A stretch of DNA of 62,301 bases, filler included. It is 8 parts of 8 records of this genome, joined end to end, with 100 filler letters (N's around TTAATTAATTAA, not from the genome) between each part and the next. Parts side by side here need not be neighbours in the genome. Positions count along the whole stretch, not along the records: positions 58,668 to 62,301 come from SRR7504441_1480; 7 more parts are not named here. The stretch is one strand, 5' to 3'. Of this stretch, positions 58,670 through 62,301 are shown piece after piece. A program made the translations under genes and the position numbers. The stretch's first letter is position 1. Every line of letters begins with the position of its first letter. The notes under the pieces were generated by a model. It ran no database searches, was not told the DNA's origin, and worked only from the letters and a program-made list of their open reading frames with translations.

Positions 58670-58725
58670 TTGGAGGATAGATTCCATATTCCATCAGGTT
58701 GGAGGATAGATTCCATATTCCATCA
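58670..58725. repeat. Perfect 27-nt direct repeat (period 29) at the contig start
   Basis: TTGGAGGATAGATTCCATATTCCATCA at 58670-58696 and 58699-58725. Confidence 0.9.
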
Positions 58726-58913
58726 TAGTCCAAAGCTTTGATCAATGTACCAGTAACCAGTTACCCCTGTATAGCTAACTGCTTGATGTTAATCTATAGA
58801 GACGATTGTGTTCATGACTTCACGTACTAGTCAGCCAAAATGTGGAAACAATTACATCGAACCGCTACATTCCCTGAACATGGGCGTCTTCTGTTCGGCG
58901 TCTGTGTGGGTGG

Positions 58914-61900
58914 TCACTTTTCTTTCTTCTTTGCCTGCTTTGTTGGCTTTGTTGGCTTTGTTGGCTTTTGAATGGTTTGATTCTTTCCAGTGGATTTTGT
59001 TGAGTTTGCTTCCGGCTCTACGCACAACGTGCCACCCTCAAGGTCTACAAACTCCTTGCAAAGGGTACCTGTAGACGTGGTATCGGACTCGCGGCGTTGC
59101 TTGCCTTCAGGCGGTGCCTGCTCAGTTGGGGCGCCCTTGACGCTTCTTCTTGGTCCTGTAGCGGTTGGAGACTCTGGCTCAGACGCGTTTGCACGAGGCA
59201 AAGCAGAAGTTTCAGGTTGGACCTTTGGTATCTCGACTTGCGTAGCGCGGCGCATACCACCGCACACAAGCACTTGCTCCTGGTCAGGAGCCTTTATATG
59301 CCTTAAGGGATGGTAGGCGATGGAAACTTCTGCCCCGGCCGCCACCCATTTGTATCCTTCACACTCTGGAAACAATACGAGCTCGACTTGTACATCTTGC
59401 TTCCCATTCAATTGAAAGTCAAGAAACTTTTCAAGCAACATGCGAAGCTGTACAAGCCACATAAACTCTCACAATGAAGGCACCACGCACTATACGCACC
59501 TCTGCAGAGTCTAAGGTTTGGCTGTCATCACTGTCAAACTGTCGAAATATATGAGCCCCATCCGATGTTAACCATGATATTAACTCTCTGCGAAAGCATG
59601 GTCAAAGCATAGCCATCATCTCACCTGAGAGCAGGGTTGTCTTTTTGGCTCAGAATTTCATGAAGAGAGATGACTCCATCCACATTCCGGTCTACTGAGG
59701 CAGTTACTTTCTTCTGGAGATCGTCAACTTCACTGTGTGCTGGCTGTATCCTCTCTGTTGGGGGTCTGGATATCTGATGTTGTGAGCAGGCAGCAGCACC
59801 GAGTTGTCCGTTTGTACCAGCTCCTAGCCCATAATGTTTGCCTTTAGAGCATGTGATTAGTCCATGGTAGCCTCCTAGGGTGACGGATTTTGGCTCACAT
59901 TCTGCTGGTAGAACCAGTGGTTGAGGTGCCAATGAGGACGGAGTACTAGCCCAGTTGCCCCACGCCCACGCTTTGATATGCTCTTTTCCGCACTCGAGCA
60001 ACCAGATATCATTCAGATTGCCATCCATCGCAGAACCTCCAACCATGAGCATCTTGCGCTTCCAACCACACACAGCAGCACCAACTCTTGCACTTGGAAC
60101 TTGGCTTGACCTTGTTTCCAGCAAGTTCCAGCATGCCTTGTGACCACTGAAGTCTAGACGCCAGACATCTTCATTCGAGAGCATCGCCGAGGTCATCCAG
60201 CCACCCAAAACAATCAGCGAAGAGCCACTTCCAAACTCGGAGAACGCATAGTGCGAGGCCCGTCCAGTGCCTGGCCAGATCCCAACCCCGGTCATTTCAA
60301 TTTGCACCCAGGTGGGCGCATCTGGTACGAGCGCAAGTAACCAAAGATCACCTAAAGTGCAGTTACGATTGAAACCTCCGTAAAGCACAACGCCGTTTTG
60401 ACTCTCAACATATGACAATGAGTGGCGTGTCCGGGGTGCAGGTTTCTTGCCATCAAAGCTAAGCTCTCGCCAATGCGATCGCCCGCTTGATTGCAGATTC
60501 AAAACATGCGTGTCGCCGAGAATACCGTCTGTGTTTTCTCCACCAAAGATGATCATGCAGCCATCAGCAATACGTGTGGCAGCATGCTGACTGCGAGGCG
60601 GCACCGTGTCACTCTGAACTGCAGCCCAGCTCCAGGTTGGGGCTTCCAACAGATAGCAATTCGAGGACGGTGCACCTCCAGCGAGCTGAACACCACCAAA
60701 TGTCAGCATTTGATGGCTCCTGATTGCAACGGCGCTGTGGTCAATGCACGGGACCACCTCTGGGCATGTGATGTCTATCCAATCTGAGTCGTGCCCTTGC
60801 ATTGCAGACATGAGATCCAGGGCTGAGCATTGTGAGGTGACCTCGCTGTTGTTATGCATTCCACCAAGGACTACTAGATGGGTGCCGACCACACAGCAGG
60901 TGTGCTTGATGCACTCTCGGTCGAGTCGCAAGGGTCCTTCCTTCCAGCATAACGGCTGTGCAAGCGCCATAGAACATCCTGACCCAGCAGCAGCATCTAC
61001 AACACATAATGACGAAAGCGCACGAACGACTCCGCTGTTCCCAGTGTTGGATTGCGCCCCTCCCCACAAGAACAGCTGCTGCGATGAGTTAATTGCGAAG
61101 CAATGATCTGCTGCCGATCCAGCACAAACCTTGACTATGTGCTGACGCTTCAGAGTACGGATCCTCGTTGGAACACCTGCTTGCTCTGACGGAGGCAGAT
61201 TGCCCCAGCCAAAGGTAGCACCCTTCTCGCTGCAGACAGCAGTGTAACGTCGGGCGCAGCACACATCGACTATCACTGTCTCTCCAAGCACTGAAACAGC
61301 GGTTGGCAACATTATGTCTTCCACACCCAGAGCGGGGGCAGTTATGCCACACTGCCCATCTGCTGCAGCTCCCCAGCAATAAACCTTCCCAACTCGGGTG
61401 ATAACAGCAGAGTGGTAGAGTCCGCAGGCCACCTGTCAGCATCACAATCATTCGCGTTCAGGCACGACTAACACCTTCTTCCCTGGGTTCTCGATCTGAG
61501 GCAACAAAACAGGCTCCGTAGCACCGAAGCGCAGCTCAAACACCGAGCCGTCCACAGCAAGAACCACCTGGAGCGGCATTGAGTGCCACAGGCTGCCGAG
61601 GCTGCACCGCGTGGGAAGCACCACTGGCGACCTGCTTCACTGTACATGGGCACGCAAATGACTGCAGCGGAGGAAATGCCTCAACACTGGGTGCTGGCTC
61701 CCAGCCGGCCTCGGCGCGAGAAAATACGCCCAGCGGCTGCTTGACACATGCAACCTCAGCCTTGCTGTCCGGTGAGACGCGCCCTCCGATTTCTTTATGT
61801 GCATCGGCCTCATGCGCCGAGCCACTACCCAGATCAAGGTTTGCAACCAGCTGGTCGGAGCTCTGAGCCGACGAGGCCGCCTGTAAACCCACCCAGCTCA

Positions 61901-62176
61901 GTGGCTGGCTCGGCGGGTCGGGACCTGCAGCGCCATCGAGCAAGTGTCTCTCTCGATCTGAGCTAGCGCCCGCCGGGCATGGCCCAGTTGCTTCTGTCGC
62001 TGAGAGTGTGTAGCCTCCAGCCGATCGATCAGCCGCTCCACTTGCTCCGGGGGAGGCCCTGGTTGCAGGCCACCCACCTGCTGCCGCATCTCGGCCAGGC
62101 TGAGCGGCCGTGGGTGCGACGGCGGCGGCGGCTGCACCCTCGGGTGCGGCGGCGGCGGCGGCTTGGCTTCGGGCAT
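58914..62176 (-). CDS. RCC1-repeat, Kelch-repeat and EF-hand-pair protein, multi-exon (start tentative)
   Basis: RCC1 blades (VKQVASGASH, VACGLYHSAVITRVGKVYCWG..GQCG, VTLGGYHG..GAGTNGQLG) and six Kelch blades (LVVLGG, MLTFGG, PPRSQH..IIFGG, PAPRTRH..VLYGG, RASH..IVLGG, PSARVG..LMVGG). EF loops DRNVDGVISLHE and DSDDSQTLDSAE. Confidence 0.85.
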
Positions 62177-62301
62177 CCCCGCTGCAGTCAGTGGATCTTC
62201 ATGTCGGCAATTATAATTCCGTAACGGACAGGCCCGTCGATGCTTCTCCGGAGGTGCTTGTCCCGGCGATCCACCTCCCAACTACTAGCACTTAAAAAGC
62301 A

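Noticed and set aside
58670-58725. 27-nt direct repeat as a mobile-element end
   Set aside because: It lies at the very edge of a contig with no associated transposase or inverted repeat; a local duplication or assembly artefact is more likely.

Overview
This is eukaryotic DNA: eight unrelated contigs of a gene-dense, mostly GC-rich, probably flagellated and phagotrophic protist. They are joined by seven artificial 100-nt spacers (N44-TTAATTAATTAA-N44), so gene order across spacers carries no information. Genes use the standard code and are split by many tiny spliceosomal introns (mostly about 38-50 nt), so the six-frame ORF track is misleading; I rebuilt exon joins by hand. Recognisable genes: TPA1/OGFOD1 hydroxylase, BAR-domain endocytic adaptor, dual-specificity phosphatase, GH27 alpha-galactosidase, secreted HExxH peptidase-like protein, dynein light chain LC8, a secreted phage-tail-fibre-like protein, an opsin-like 7TM receptor, SK-type K+ channel, NiCoT transporter, PGAP2, SRP receptor alpha, 3' part of midasin, ankyrin-fused NAD-glutamate dehydrogenase, EF-hand protein, MDR reductase, signal-peptide carotenoid oxygenase, ankyrin-CCCH-RING protein, Tudor/HTH/Myb/PDZ regulator, pepsin-family protease and an RCC1-Kelch-EF-hand protein. 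The most striking signal is the GDH gene (35698-41117): about 44 mini-introns built from a few recurring motif families (TTYGAA arrays, YAACGG arrays, CCTAATTAGG boxes), with near-identical 15-21-mers shared between non-adjacent introns. Window-wide, splice signals are unusual: frequent GC donors, degenerate GT donors and G-rich acceptors. I saw no rRNA, tRNA, CRISPR array or transposase.
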